From an uncultured Lachnospiraceae bacterium (GTDB taxonomy: Bacteria; Bacillota; Clostridia; Christensenellales; UBA1242): a stretch of DNA of 64,000 bases. The stretch is from the NCBI GenBank assembly GCA_964653635.1, contig CAZZGZ010000004.1, positions 21,718 to 85,717 of the forward strand, in the 5' to 3' direction. A program made the translations under genes and the position numbers. The notes beneath the pieces were generated by a model. That model did not search any database. It had not been told where the DNA came from and saw nothing but the letters and a program-made list of their open reading frames with translations. Of this stretch, positions 45,696 through 55,403 are shown piece by piece; the stretch's first letter is position 1, and every line of letters begins with the position of its first letter.

Positions 45696-46583
45696 TCAAT
45701 CATTCTTCACTACATACTCTTCCGCAATGATTTTCCCATTTTTCATGAGAATTTTTCCACTATTTTGCGATTTTTTAATAAATTGTATTGTTTTTTTAGC
45801 AAATTTATGCGTTAAATCAATTTCGACTTTGGTAGGTTTTCCCCCTCGCTGTGTATGTCCAATAACATGATATTTTATTATTTCTTTTGGTACATACTTT
45901 GAAAGTTCCTTGATAAAATCGCTCTGTTTTATTACATTCTCACGTAAAATAATGCATGTGCCATGTTCACTCTTGTGATTGCAATTAATTATTTTTGCTA
46001 TCCTATCATAATCTAAATTTTTACTCGATTTTATCAAATAATCAGCTGATATGGCACAAGCACAAGTTTCAGCAATTTTACTTGAGTGTCGCCCCATGGT
46101 TTCAAATATACAAACTCTATTAAACGCCTCCATACTAGGCATTATTGATTTAACAGCATAACAACATTCTTTAACAGCAGTATGAAAACCTATGCTGTAT
46201 TCACTAGTTAAAACATCATTATCAATAGTCGCAGGCACAAATATGGTTCGTACTCCACTTTCCGCAAGCCTCATTGCTCCTACTTCTGACCCATTGCCTC
46301 CTAAAATTACTACAACATCAAATTGTTGTGCATTTTCTAATCCTTGTTTAAATCCTAATTGAGTTTTAAATTTATTACATCTTGATGATTTTAACACACA
46401 GCCTGCAGTTAATTTACTTTCTTTAAAATTAAACTCCGATAGTGCATTTATTCGTCCCTCAATTAGACCTTTAAAACCTTCTTTACAGCCGTATGAATTT
46501 TTTCCAAACTTCTTTTCAATGTAATATAAAAAATTATTCATACCAGGTGCATCGCCACCGCTGGCTAAAATTAAAACGTTCAT
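45696..46583 (-). CDS. pfkA: ATP-dependent 6-phosphofructokinase (short, divergent)
   Basis: 295 aa with SGGDAPGMN, PATIDNDV, ETMGRHS and GHTQRGG motifs. It reads GGNGS where canonical enzymes have GGDGS. Confidence 0.8.
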   Translation of the reverse strand: MNVLILASGGDAPGMNNFLYYIEKKFGKNSYGCKEGFKGLIEGRINALSEFNFKESKLTAGCVLKSSRCNKFKTQLGFKQGLENAQQFDVVVILGGNGSEVGAMRLAESGVRTIFVPATIDNDVLTSEYSIGFHTAVKECCYAVKSIMPSMEAFNRVCIFETMGRHSSKIAETCACAISADYLIKSSKNLDYDRIAKIINCNHKSEHGTCIILRENVIKQSDFIKELSKYVPKEIIKYHVIGHTQRGGKPTKVEIDLTHKFAKKTIQFIKKSQNSGKILMKNGKIIAEEYVVKND

Positions 46584-46604
46584 ATTTTCTCCAATTTTAA
46601 AAAT

Positions 46605-49600
46605 TTATCTATAAATGACATTATTAACACCTATCAAGCCATTCAATTCATTTATCAAATAATTATTAGGTTCTACCTTTAAACTCAGTGCAAAAGCATT
46701 CCCAGTAGAAACACATCTCACTATAACACTAGTATTCCCTTTATAAGAAGCTAAGCATGATTTAACCCTTTCTAAAATTTCTAAATTCTTAGTATCAAAC
46801 CTGAGATATAGCTTTTTTACTTCAGATGAAGTATTTTCTACTTTGCCCTTTTCTTGTTCACTATTCCCCCAGCTTATAATTCTATCCGCAAGAATAATTG
46901 GATTTTCTCCATCTCGAATGGAAAATCGTCCGCTAATAGTAACCAAATTATCCTTTTCTATTAGGTCACGATATTTTTCGTAAATCTTTGGAAATGCCAT
47001 AACTTCAAATGTGCCATATAAGTCTTCTATTGTAAGTATACCAAGATTTTTTCCACTTGACTTTGAACGCATGGTCTTAGTATCAATAATTATCCCTCCA
47101 CAAGTGACACTTTGTCCATCTTGCAAGGTAGTCTCTTCATTATATACACCATCTGGAATGTCTTCATCGCCTTCTTCTGAAAATGTTTTTTCTTCGTTTT
47201 CAATCATATTTGATGTAAAATTAAATTGACGATACATATCCTTATATTCATCTAACGGATGCCCCGAAAAATACATACCAATCATTTCTCTTTCATTTTT
47301 AAGTAAAATATCCTTTGTAAACTCAGGAATATTAGGATAAGTAATCTTAAAAGCACTTTCATCTTTCATCTCAAGTGTATCAAAAAGGCTTAATTGTCCA
47401 TTTGCTTTACCTTTTCTATCTTTAATAGCTGTTGCAAGAGCCTGCTCATAAACAGAATCTAATTGATTTCTATTATACCCAAAGCAATCAAAAGCACCAC
47501 TTTTTATAAGCGTTTCAAGTATTCTTCTGTTCATGCAAGAAGCGTCTACACGAGCCAAAAAGTCCTCAAGCCCCTTGTATTCACCATGTTCCTGTCGCTC
47601 TTTCACTATAAGATCAGTCACAGCAATCCCAACATGTTTTAATCCACCTAATCCAAATCTTATCCCCCCGTTTTCCACACTAAAATTACTTTTACTCTTA
47701 TTTACATCTGGAGGAAGAATAGCAATTCCTTCTGATTTAGCAAAAGTGACATATTTTTTTATTTTATCAGATTTGGTTATAAAATCATTAAGAACCGCCG
47801 TCAAAAATTCAGTTTCATAGTAACACTTAAGATAAGCTGTTTGGTATGTGATATACGCATATGCTGCGGCATGAGACTTGTTAAACGCATACTTTGCAAA
47901 CTCTTTCATGCTGTCAAATATCTTTTCCGCAACTTCTTTATCATGGCCGAGTTTAACAGCACCATTAACAAATTTTTCTTTTTCAGCAGAAATCTTGTCT
48001 ATTTGTTTTTTACCCATGATACGTCGAACATTATCTGCTTGACCAAGACTATATCCGCCCATGACTTGAAATATTTTCATAACCTGCTCTTGATATACAA
48101 TACATCCATATGTTACATCAAGTATGTCTTTTAAACATTCATCCTCAAAAACTATTTTTTCAGGGTTGTGTTTGCCTTCAATAAATCTTGGTATATAATC
48201 CATAGGACCTGGTCTAAACAAGGAAATGCCCGCTATGATATCATCCATACATGAAGGTTTAAGTTCACGCATGAACTTCTTCATTCCCCCACCTTCTAGT
48301 TGAAAAATTGCATCAGTTTCCCCTGAAGATATAAGTTCATAAACTTTAGGATCATTATACTCCATATTATAAAAATCGATTGTTACACCATGTTGCTCTT
48401 TTATATAGTCAAGTGCTTTTTTAATATCAGTTAATGTTCCTAGTGCCAAAAAGTCCATCTTAAGAAGCCCCATATGCTCAATTTCAAGCATATTGTATTG
48501 TGTAGTTAAATCATCCCCGTTTTTACAAACTGGAATGAAGTTTGAAACGGGTTCTGGAGCAATAAGTACGCCCGCTGCATGTGTTGAAGTGTTTTTAGGT
48601 ACACCTTCAAGTTTAATAGCCATATCAATCACTTTATGAATTGTAGGGTCAGAGTTATATACTGCAACTAATTCATTGATTATATACTTATCATTTTCTG
48701 GTTTACCCGTCTTGCCAAAATAATATTTTAAAACTGGACTTTTCACACCATCAGGTGGCTTATTTGGTATAAGTTTTGCTATTTTATCTGCTTCACTATA
48801 TGGTACTCTTAAAACTCGAGCAACATCCTTTATCGCATTTTTTGCTGCCAAAGTACCAAAGGTCACAATAAGGGCAACGTTATCCTTACCATATTTTCTT
48901 CGCACATATTCTACCGTTTCATTACGCCTGTCCATACAAAAATCAATATCAAAATCGGGCATTGAAACACGTTCTTTGTTTATAAATCTTTCGAAAAATA
49001 GATTATACTTTATAGGGTCAACACGAGTGATCCCAGAGGTATAAGCAACTAAGCTCCCCGCTCCAGATCCACGTCCTGGTCCAATCGGAATGCCATTTTT
49101 ACGTGACCAGTTTACATAATCCCATACAACGAGGAAATATTCTACAAAACCTTGCGAGTTTATAACCTCTAATTCCATTTCAAGACGATCAATTAGATCC
49201 TGCGTCACTGTTTTATAATTTTTATATAACCCTTCATAAGATATTCTTCTTAAAAATTCATATGGCGTTTCACCAGTACTAGTTTTATAAGGTGGTATGA
49301 AATTCTTATTTGCTTCAAGAAAATATTTTTGGTCTATTTGTGCTCCTTTTGAAGCCGCCTCTCTTAACGATTTTGTTTGTAAAACAACCTCGCACTTGTC
49401 TGCAATTTCTTTAGTGGTTTCTAAGGCATCTTCAAAGCCCGGCAATGCTTCCTGCATCTGTTCATAGGTTTTTAAGTAAAATTCTTGTGTTGCAAACTTC
49501 ATTCGATTAGGGTCATCTACATATTTTTGCATCTGCATACACATCAAAACATCTTGAAGTTCGGCGTCCTCTTGATTAAGATAATGTACATCATTCGTTG

Positions 49601-50198
49601 CCACAAGCTTTACTCCCAACGATCTAGACAAATCAACAAGATGAGAATTGACCACCTTTTGTTCAGGAATACCATGATCTTGAACTTCAAGATAAAAATC
49701 TCCTGGTTCAAACATATCACGAAGTTCAATTGCTAAGCTCTCTGCTTCATCATACCGTCTTTGTAATATGTACTGAGGAATATGCCCTGCAAGACAAGCG
49801 GACAAACAAATTATACCTTTACTATATTTTTTAAGTGTTTTATAATCTATTCTTGGTTTGTAATAAAATCCTTCCATCCAAGCAATTTCGGAAAGTTTTG
49901 CTAGATTATGATACCCCTCATTGTTTTTTGCTAAAAGGATAATGTGTCCCGTGTCTTCTTTACCCTCTTTCTTCAGAAGGTCATGACAGATATAAAATTC
50001 GCATCCGATAATAGGTTTTATGCCATTTGTAAGACACTCTTCATAAAATTGTAAAGTCCCAAACATATTACCATGGTCGGTAATAGCACACGCTTTCCAT
50101 CCACGTTCTTTAACCATCTGAACAAGTTTTTTTATTCTTGCTAAGCCATCAAGCAAACTATATTCTGTGTGAACATGTAAATGCACAAATTCTTTCAT
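46605..50198 (-). CDS. dnaE: DNA polymerase III alpha subunit (DnaE type)
   Basis: 1197 aa with an N-terminal PHP domain (HLHVHTEYSLLDG), the palm motif PDFDIDF, GLLKMDFLAL and FNKSHAAAYA. Confidence 0.95.
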   Translation of the reverse strand: MKEFVHLHVHTEYSLLDGLARIKKLVQMVKERGWKACAITDHGNMFGTLQFYEECLTNGIKPIIGCEFYICHDLLKKEGKEDTGHIILLAKNNEGYHNLAKLSEIAWMEGFYYKPRIDYKTLKKYSKGIICLSACLAGHIPQYILQRRYDEAESLAIELRDMFEPGDFYLEVQDHGIPEQKVVNSHLVDLSRSLGVKLVATNDVHYLNQEDAELQDVLMCMQMQKYVDDPNRMKFATQEFYLKTYEQMQEALPGFEDALETTKEIADKCEVVLQTKSLREAASKGAQIDQKYFLEANKNFIPPYKTSTGETPYEFLRRISYEGLYKNYKTVTQDLIDRLEMELEVINSQGFVEYFLVVWDYVNWSRKNGIPIGPGRGSGAGSLVAYTSGITRVDPIKYNLFFERFINKERVSMPDFDIDFCMDRRNETVEYVRRKYGKDNVALIVTFGTLAAKNAIKDVARVLRVPYSEADKIAKLIPNKPPDGVKSPVLKYYFGKTGKPENDKYIINELVAVYNSDPTIHKVIDMAIKLEGVPKNTSTHAAGVLIAPEPVSNFIPVCKNGDDLTTQYNMLEIEHMGLLKMDFLALGTLTDIKKALDYIKEQHGVTIDFYNMEYNDPKVYELISSGETDAIFQLEGGGMKKFMRELKPSCMDDIIAGISLFRPGPMDYIPRFIEGKHNPEKIVFEDECLKDILDVTYGCIVYQEQVMKIFQVMGGYSLGQADNVRRIMGKKQIDKISAEKEKFVNGAVKLGHDKEVAEKIFDSMKEFAKYAFNKSHAAAYAYITYQTAYLKCYYETEFLTAVLNDFITKSDKIKKYVTFAKSEGIAILPPDVNKSKSNFSVENGGIRFGLGGLKHVGIAVTDLIVKERQEHGEYKGLEDFLARVDASCMNRRILETLIKSGAFDCFGYNRNQLDSVYEQALATAIKDRKGKANGQLSLFDTLEMKDESAFKITYPNIPEFTKDILLKNEREMIGMYFSGHPLDEYKDMYRQFNFTSNMIENEEKTFSEEGDEDIPDGVYNEETTLQDGQSVTCGGIIIDTKTMRSKSSGKNLGILTIEDLYGTFEVMAFPKIYEKYRDLIEKDNLVTISGRFSIRDGENPIILADRIISWGNSEQEKGKVENTSSEVKKLYLRFDTKNLEILERVKSCLASYKGNTSVIVRCVSTGNAFALSLKVEPNNYLINELNGLIGVNNVIYR

Positions 50199-50201
50199 TA
50201 T

Positions 50202-51167
50202 CTACTCCATTAATAATTTTGCTATTTTTTCTAACTTTCTAAATCTATGATTTAAGCCACTTTTTGTAAGCTTTAAAGTGGAAAGTTGTAATAGTTCATC
50301 AAGACTTTCGTTTTGATTAGCTAGCCTTAAAAGTGCCACTTCTTGCAGGTCTTCACTGAGTGATTCAAGTCCAATTATATCACTTATTGTCTTAATCGCC
50401 TCTACTTGTCTCATACTCGCTTCCACTGTTTTAGATAAATTAGCATTGATACAATTAACTTCACGATTTGCCTTATTCCTAATTTGTCTAGCAACTATCT
50501 CTGAAGACAAAGAAAGTACACTATTATTAGCACCAACCAAAGCAAGTAAATTCAATATAGCATTAACCTCTTTAATGTATAAAACATACAAACTTTTACG
50601 CTCTATAATCTTAGCTAATATGTCATATTCTGCAAGCATAGAAGCAAAGTCAACCAAAAAGTCATGATTGTGAGAGGCAAATTCGAGATGATACCCAGAC
50701 CCACAAGTCTTTGTTTCCTCTTCGCTTATCTTAATGTTTGAAGTGCTTATTGCAACAAATACCCCCTTAATAAAAGCCCTCTTTGCTGAATCTTCAATAA
50801 TAATATTTTTATCAATATCAAAATTCACCATAACCCCAGCCGATGAAATTTGTAAAAAACCGGTATCAATGAGCATCTGTTTCGAATATTTAGATAAAAA
50901 TTTAATCTCATAATAGGTATTTTTACTTATTTGATAACTTTCACCTAGTGATATCTCTATTTGGTGTCCATAAAGCCTTTTTACAATTTTATTACAATAT
51001 TCATACAATTGCTCTATGTCAGTCTGAACCGAAATATTAAATCCTTCACTATCCTTGCCAATTTCCCCCGAAGCATGAAAAAGCCCCGACAAAAAAGCTA
51101 TGGCTTCTAAATCGTCTTCAAGTTCACAACTCAACACTTCCAATTTACTATTTCTGGAAAAACTCAC
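50202..51167 (-). CDS. whiA: DNA-binding sporulation/cell-division regulator WhiA
   Basis: Degenerate LAGLIDADG halves (AFLSGLFHASGE, AFIKGVFVAIST) plus a C-terminal HTH (LTKSGLNHRFRKL). The preferred start is the GTG at 51167 (VSFSRNSKLEVL), 5 nt after a GAAGGTGA SD and just past the upstream stop. The ORF-track start at 51206 overlaps the PHP gene. Confidence 0.85.
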   Translation of the reverse strand: MSFSRNSKLEVLSCELEDDLEAIAFLSGLFHASGEIGKDSEGFNISVQTDIEQLYEYCNKIVKRLYGHQIEISLGESYQISKNTYYEIKFLSKYSKQMLIDTGFLQISSAGVMVNFDIDKNIIIEDSAKRAFIKGVFVAISTSNIKISEEETKTCGSGYHLEFASHNHDFLVDFASMLAEYDILAKIIERKSLYVLYIKEVNAILNLLALVGANNSVLSLSSEIVARQIRNKANREVNCINANLSKTVEASMRQVEAIKTISDIIGLESLSEDLQEVALLRLANQNESLDELLQLSTLKLTKSGLNHRFRKLEKIAKLLME

Positions 51168-51171
51168 AGAA

Positions 51172-51930
51172 TCACCTTCTTTTTGTAAACTTAGGTAATT
51201 TATCAATATTTACAATCTGAGAAAGTGGCAAATTTAACCTAAAAATAGTGTTTAAGGCATTATTGACTTCTCCAACTTTACTAGGACTATGTGCATCTGA
51301 ATTGCATATAAACTTTACTCCCTCGTCAGCCATTATTAAGAGTTCCTCGTCTGTAAAATTGATCCTTTTCCCATTAAGTTCTAAAAATACCCCCTTTTGC
51401 TTTGCCATTTTTGCCACCGACAAAGTATCAGTTGAGATGCAGTAGTTTAGATGAGTTATAACATCAATAGGATATTTATCAATAGCCTTAAGATATGCCG
51501 TGGTGTTTCGATTGATAAGCTCCTTGCTTGCCTTAAAAGGAGAATTTAGAATATTTGTGTAAACTAACTTAAATTTATCATTCATAGTGGGAGTTTTAAC
51601 CAACTTGTGAAATCCCATCAAAAGAATATCTAAATACTCAAAATCCTCTTCATTTACGTCAATTTCCCCATCTAATGAAATAAGATTGGATTCGACTCCA
51701 AGCATAATATCAACTCCTGTTATCTCTCTAGCACTATATATGTCTTCACGTAGCGAAGGCAAATCTTTTCTTCTTATACCATAACGTTCATGATTAAAAC
51801 CATGGTCAGTTATTGCAATCTGCTTTATGCCTTTATCTGCCGCAACACTTGCGTTTTCAAGCACTGTGCCTTTTCCATGCTTATGTCTTGAATATATAGT
51901 ATGTGTGTGATAATCTCCAAAAAGAACCAT
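51172..51930 (-). CDS. PHP-family metal-dependent phosphoesterase
   Basis: 252 aa with the PHP motifs DYHTHTIYS, ITDHG, H at NYCIS/THLN and NSDAHSP. A GGAGAG SD lies upstream. Confidence 0.75.
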   Translation of the reverse strand: MVLFGDYHTHTIYSRHKHGKGTVLENASVAADKGIKQIAITDHGFNHERYGIRRKDLPSLREDIYSAREITGVDIMLGVESNLISLDGEIDVNEEDFEYLDILLMGFHKLVKTPTMNDKFKLVYTNILNSPFKASKELINRNTTAYLKAIDKYPIDVITHLNYCISTDTLSVAKMAKQKGVFLELNGKRINFTDEELLIMADEGVKFICNSDAHSPSKVGEVNNALNTIFRLNLPLSQIVNIDKLPKFTKRR

Positions 51931-52181
51931 ATGACTCTCCTAGATATAGTTTATCATTTTTCTAATTATTTTTCAAGTTATTTGATTTATTATATTAAAA
52001 TTATCAAAAGTAATTTAAGACGTAGGATGTGTGATTAAAAATAAATTTTTAAAATTATACAAATTGAACCCAAAAAACATATTTAAAAAAATCTCACGTA
52101 CCCATAACATGTGAAAGATGCGATTAGAAGTAGAATATTTAATAGGTTGTAACTATTTGAAATTAACAAAATTAGTGATAT

Positions 52182-52222
52182 AAAACAAAAATCTATCAAA
52201 TTAGATAGATTCTTTTTGTTTT
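52182..52222 (-). terminator. possible terminator after the Spt-like gene
   Basis: aaaacaaaaatctatc / gatagattctttttgtttt: an inner 6-bp stem and an outer 10-bp A/T stem with a 3-nt bulge. There is no separate U-tract. Confidence 0.3.
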
Positions 52223-52255
52223 GATTAATCAACATATTTTTTATAATGAAATTTT

Positions 52256-53437
52256 TTATTTAACATCTAAAATGTCTAAAACTTCCTTTATGGCAATCAT
52301 TGCACGATCCATTTGTTCCTTAGTATGAGTTGCTGTGTAAGAAGTTCTAAGCAAAGCCATGCCTTTAGGTGTAGCTGGTGAGACTACAGGGTTGACGTAA
52401 ACACCCCGCTCTAGAAGTAATTTACAAGCAACAAAGGCCTTTTCATCTTCGTAAACATAAATTGGAATTATTGGAGTTACCGCATCAATTATCTTAACAC
52501 CTAGTTTTTTAAGTCCTTCACGCATATAAGCAGAAATTTCTCCTAATGCTTTTACACGTTGAGGTTCTTCTTCCAATATTTTTAAACTTTGAAGGGCACA
52601 AGCTACTGAGGCAGGTGTAATGCTAGCACTAAAAATATATGGACGTGAAGTGTGCATAACATAATCAATAACTTCTTTGCTAGCTGCCATATAACCACCT
52701 AAACTAGCTAATGATTTGGAAAAAGTCCCCATGTAGATATCCACATCATTTTCAAGGTTGAAATATTCTGCTACACCACGACCATGAGCCCCCAGAACTC
52801 CTAAAGAGTGTGCATCATCAACCATGATTCTTGCACCATATTTTTTAGCTAGTGCTACGATTTCTGGTAATTTACATATCTCTCCACTCATTGAGAAAAC
52901 ACCATCAGTAACAATTAAAATCCCCTTACTATCTGGTATTGATCTTAATTTTTTTTCGAGATCTTCCATATCGCTGTGTTTATAACGAATCATTTCACCA
53001 AAAGAAAGTCTGCACCCATCATAAATTGAAGCATGGTTTTCTCTGTCACAAAGTACTACATCATTTCTCCCTACCACGGCACTGATAATACCCAAATTTG
53101 TCTGGAATCCAGTACTGAACGTCATAACTTTTTCTTTATGCAAGAATTTAGCTAATTCATTTTCAAGTTCAATATGAATGTCAAGTGTTCCATTTAAAAA
53201 TCTCGATCCACTATTACCTGTACCATATTTATTTAAAGCATCAATCCCAGCTTTTATAACTCTCTTGTCTGAAGTTAATCCAAGATAATTATTTGAACCT
53301 ATCATTATTGTATCATGCCCTTCCATGACTACCTGAGTGTCTTGTCCACTTGTCAACTTGTGGAAATAAGGATATATTCCTTTTTCCTGTATCGTTTTAT
53401 ATAATTGTTCCCCTCTCATTTTTTCAAAAATATCCAT
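52256..53437 (-). CDS. PLP-dependent alpha-oxoamine synthase, serine-palmitoyltransferase-like
   Basis: 393 aa with SNNYLGL, GSRFLNGT, FSTGFQTNLG, DDAHSLG, the PLP-lysine motif GTFSKSLASLGGY and VNPVVSPATP. The RFLNGT and FSTG..NLG variants resemble Spt/CapB-type enzymes more than KBL (FICGT, SSCFDANGG) or BioF. Confidence 0.75.
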   Translation of the reverse strand: MDIFEKMRGEQLYKTIQEKGIYPYFHKLTSGQDTQVVMEGHDTIMIGSNNYLGLTSDKRVIKAGIDALNKYGTGNSGSRFLNGTLDIHIELENELAKFLHKEKVMTFSTGFQTNLGIISAVVGRNDVVLCDRENHASIYDGCRLSFGEMIRYKHSDMEDLEKKLRSIPDSKGILIVTDGVFSMSGEICKLPEIVALAKKYGARIMVDDAHSLGVLGAHGRGVAEYFNLENDVDIYMGTFSKSLASLGGYMAASKEVIDYVMHTSRPYIFSASITPASVACALQSLKILEEEPQRVKALGEISAYMREGLKKLGVKIIDAVTPIIPIYVYEDEKAFVACKLLLERGVYVNPVVSPATPKGMALLRTSYTATHTKEQMDRAMIAIKEVLDILDVK

Positions 53438-53447
53438 GATTTTTCTC

Positions 53448-54242
53448 CTATATATAAATTTTTGAAACTAAAAAATTTAACATTTTAGTTGGTATAAGCC
53501 TGGTTATTAAAGCTATAAATTTACTAGTAACCCCCACTGAAACCCTTAAAGGAGGATTTTTTTTACGCACTAGTTTTATGACCGTTTTGGCAACAAAGTC
53601 CGGATTTTTACCTTTCATTTCTGCTTTTTCCATCTTCATAATTCCATGCTCTTCAGCCTTATCACTGATTTGTGTCTTAATTCTCGCACTAGTAAATCCC
53701 GATTTTATATCGCCAGGCATAACTGTGATTACTTTAATATTACGTGGTTTTAGTTCTGTAGCTATCGCTCTTGAAAAAGACTCTATACCAGCTTTGCTTG
53801 CACTATAAACTGCTTGATATGGCAAGGGTATTAATGAAGCTAACGAGCCAGTATAAATAATTTTACCCCCTTGACTGATATATGGCAAAAATTTGTTTGT
53901 AAGCTTAATACTTGCAACTAAGTTTACATTTAAAAGCCGTTCAATATCCGCTTCGTTAGAATTTTCAAACTTTCCACCAATACCAAAACCTGCATTACAA
54001 AAGAGCAAATCTATATTATCATTTTCACTTAGTATATCGTGAATTACTTCGCTAAGTTTTGTATCATCACATATGTCACACTGATAACTTTTTTGAAATA
54101 AGTCACTATCCGATAAACTTCGTGAAATATTATAAACTTTTACTCCAGCATTAGTAAGTCTTTGTGTAATAGCCTTGCCAATTCCACTACTACCTCCTGT
54201 AATAACAGCAACCTTTCCGAGTAATTTTTTATCTGTTTCCAT
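53448..54242 (-). CDS. classical short-chain dehydrogenase/reductase
   Basis: 264 aa with TGGSSGIG, NAG and catalytic S...YSASK. It lies 10 nt upstream of the Spt-like gene. An AGGGGT SD lies upstream. Confidence 0.85.
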   Translation of the reverse strand: METDKKLLGKVAVITGGSSGIGKAITQRLTNAGVKVYNISRSLSDSDLFQKSYQCDICDDTKLSEVIHDILSENDNIDLLFCNAGFGIGGKFENSNEADIERLLNVNLVASIKLTNKFLPYISQGGKIIYTGSLASLIPLPYQAVYSASKAGIESFSRAIATELKPRNIKVITVMPGDIKSGFTSARIKTQISDKAEEHGIMKMEKAEMKGKNPDFVAKTVIKLVRKKNPPLRVSVGVTSKFIALITRLIPTKMLNFLVSKIYI

Positions 54243-54265
54243 TTATCTTTTACCCCTACAAGTAT

Positions 54266-54295
54266 ATATTAGCAAAAACTCGTTGACTAAGTCAA
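54266..54295 (-). promoter_or_regulatory. sigma-A-type promoter of the SDR/Spt-like operon
   Basis: On the minus strand: TTGACT (54295-54290), an 18-nt spacer, then TAATAT (54271-54266). The -35 is half of a 13-bp perfect palindrome. Confidence 0.5.
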
Positions 54296-54304
54296 GAAAA
54301 AAAC

Positions 54305-55210
54305 ATGTTTTCACACGCATTTTTTATAATTTTCATATATAAATATGTGAAATTGCCATCATATATAAAAAATAATTTTGATATAACTCAATATAATACA
54401 TTAGGAATTAAATGCACATGCAAATATTTTGCTCTACCTAAGAACATCATTCAGCTTTTAAATGCCTTAAAGTTCGCAAAAAAACAAGATGTAAAAGTCT
54501 TTATTTTGGGCAATGGAAGTAACGTTTTATTCAAAAGTTTTTACGATGGAATGGTAATCTGTTTTAAAAAATATATTAAAAATTTTTATCTCAATGAATC
54601 CTTGATTAGCGTTTCAGCTGGCATGAGTTTGTTTGAACTTAATAAGCTGTGCCTTAAAAAAAATTTGAGCGGGCTTGAATTTTCCTATGGTATTCCAGCA
54701 AGCGTTGGTGGATTTGTAAAAATGAATGCAGGAGCTTTTGGTGGATATGCACAGGATGTTGTTAGTGAAGTAACATATATTGACTCAAACTTAAATATAT
54801 CAAGTGCTAAAAAAGACGAGATAGAATTCGAAAATAAAAATATCCGCATAAAAGGAATGCTCGCAATTATTGCTGTCACTTTCAAACTTAAATCAAACTC
54901 ACACGAGCATATTTACAACAAAATGGAAGAAGTATTAACTCAGAGATTGGCTACACAACCATATAATGAAAAAAGTGCAGGATGCTTTTTTAAACGTAGC
55001 AATGATATATTTCCTGCCAAAATAATAGACGACTTAAGTCTTAAAGGTTTAAGAATTGGAGATGCAATGGTCTCAACAAAACACGCAGGCTTTATTGTAA
55101 ATAAAGAAAATGCAACTTCTGATGATATCTTAAAACTTGCTGGCATAATAAAATGCGTTGCAAAATGTCATGGTATTGTTTTAGAGCAAGAAGTAATTTT
55201 AGTAGAGTAA
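54305..55210 (+). CDS. murB: UDP-N-acetylenolpyruvoylglucosamine reductase
   Basis: 301 aa with the FAD-binding GNGSN motif, the GAFGG region and a C-terminal MurB domain (GCFFKR...AGFIVN). The exact start is uncertain because there is no clear SD. Confidence 0.85.
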   Translation: MFSHAFFIIFIYKYVKLPSYIKNNFDITQYNTLGIKCTCKYFALPKNIIQLLNALKFAKKQDVKVFILGNGSNVLFKSFYDGMVICFKKYIKNFYLNESLISVSAGMSLFELNKLCLKKNLSGLEFSYGIPASVGGFVKMNAGAFGGYAQDVVSEVTYIDSNLNISSAKKDEIEFENKNIRIKGMLAIIAVTFKLKSNSHEHIYNKMEEVLTQRLATQPYNEKSAGCFFKRSNDIFPAKIIDDLSLKGLRIGDAMVSTKHAGFIVNKENATSDDILKLAGIIKCVAKCHGIVLEQEVILVE

Positions 55211-55297
55211 AGAAATTAAAGATTTATTTAAAGTTATCTACATGTTTTAAAGCACTAATTATACAACTTTAAAATCATTAAAATAAATCATGATATT

Positions 55298-55324
55298 AAA
55301 AAAACTGCTTAGTGCAGTTTTTCA
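55298..55324. terminator. bidirectional terminator between murB and rplQ
   Basis: aaaaaaactgc-ttagt-gcagttttt, with an A-tract and a T-tract flanking the stem. Confidence 0.65.
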
Positions 55325-55403
55325 AAATACAAAATCTAATTTTATCGAAATGTAATACATGCAAATTTATCAAATTACAAAAAATTAGTTTCCCACAATT
55401 ATA

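Noticed and set aside
51168-51206. Longer WhiA N-terminus (MINYLSLQKEGDS...) overlapping the PHP gene by 35 nt.
   Set aside because: The GTG at 51167 gives the family-typical start (VSFSRNSKLEVL), has a GAAGGTGA SD, and begins right after the upstream stop codon. The extension is probably not translated.
51931-52255. 325-bp intergenic region upstream of the PHP-whiA-dnaE unit, examined for a riboswitch, T-box or small ORF.
   Set aside because: - No conserved leader motif was found (T-box specifier or antiterminator bulge, or a riboswitch core I could recognise).
- No SD-preceded small ORF was found.
- The only feature is the weak A/T hairpin after the Spt-like gene.
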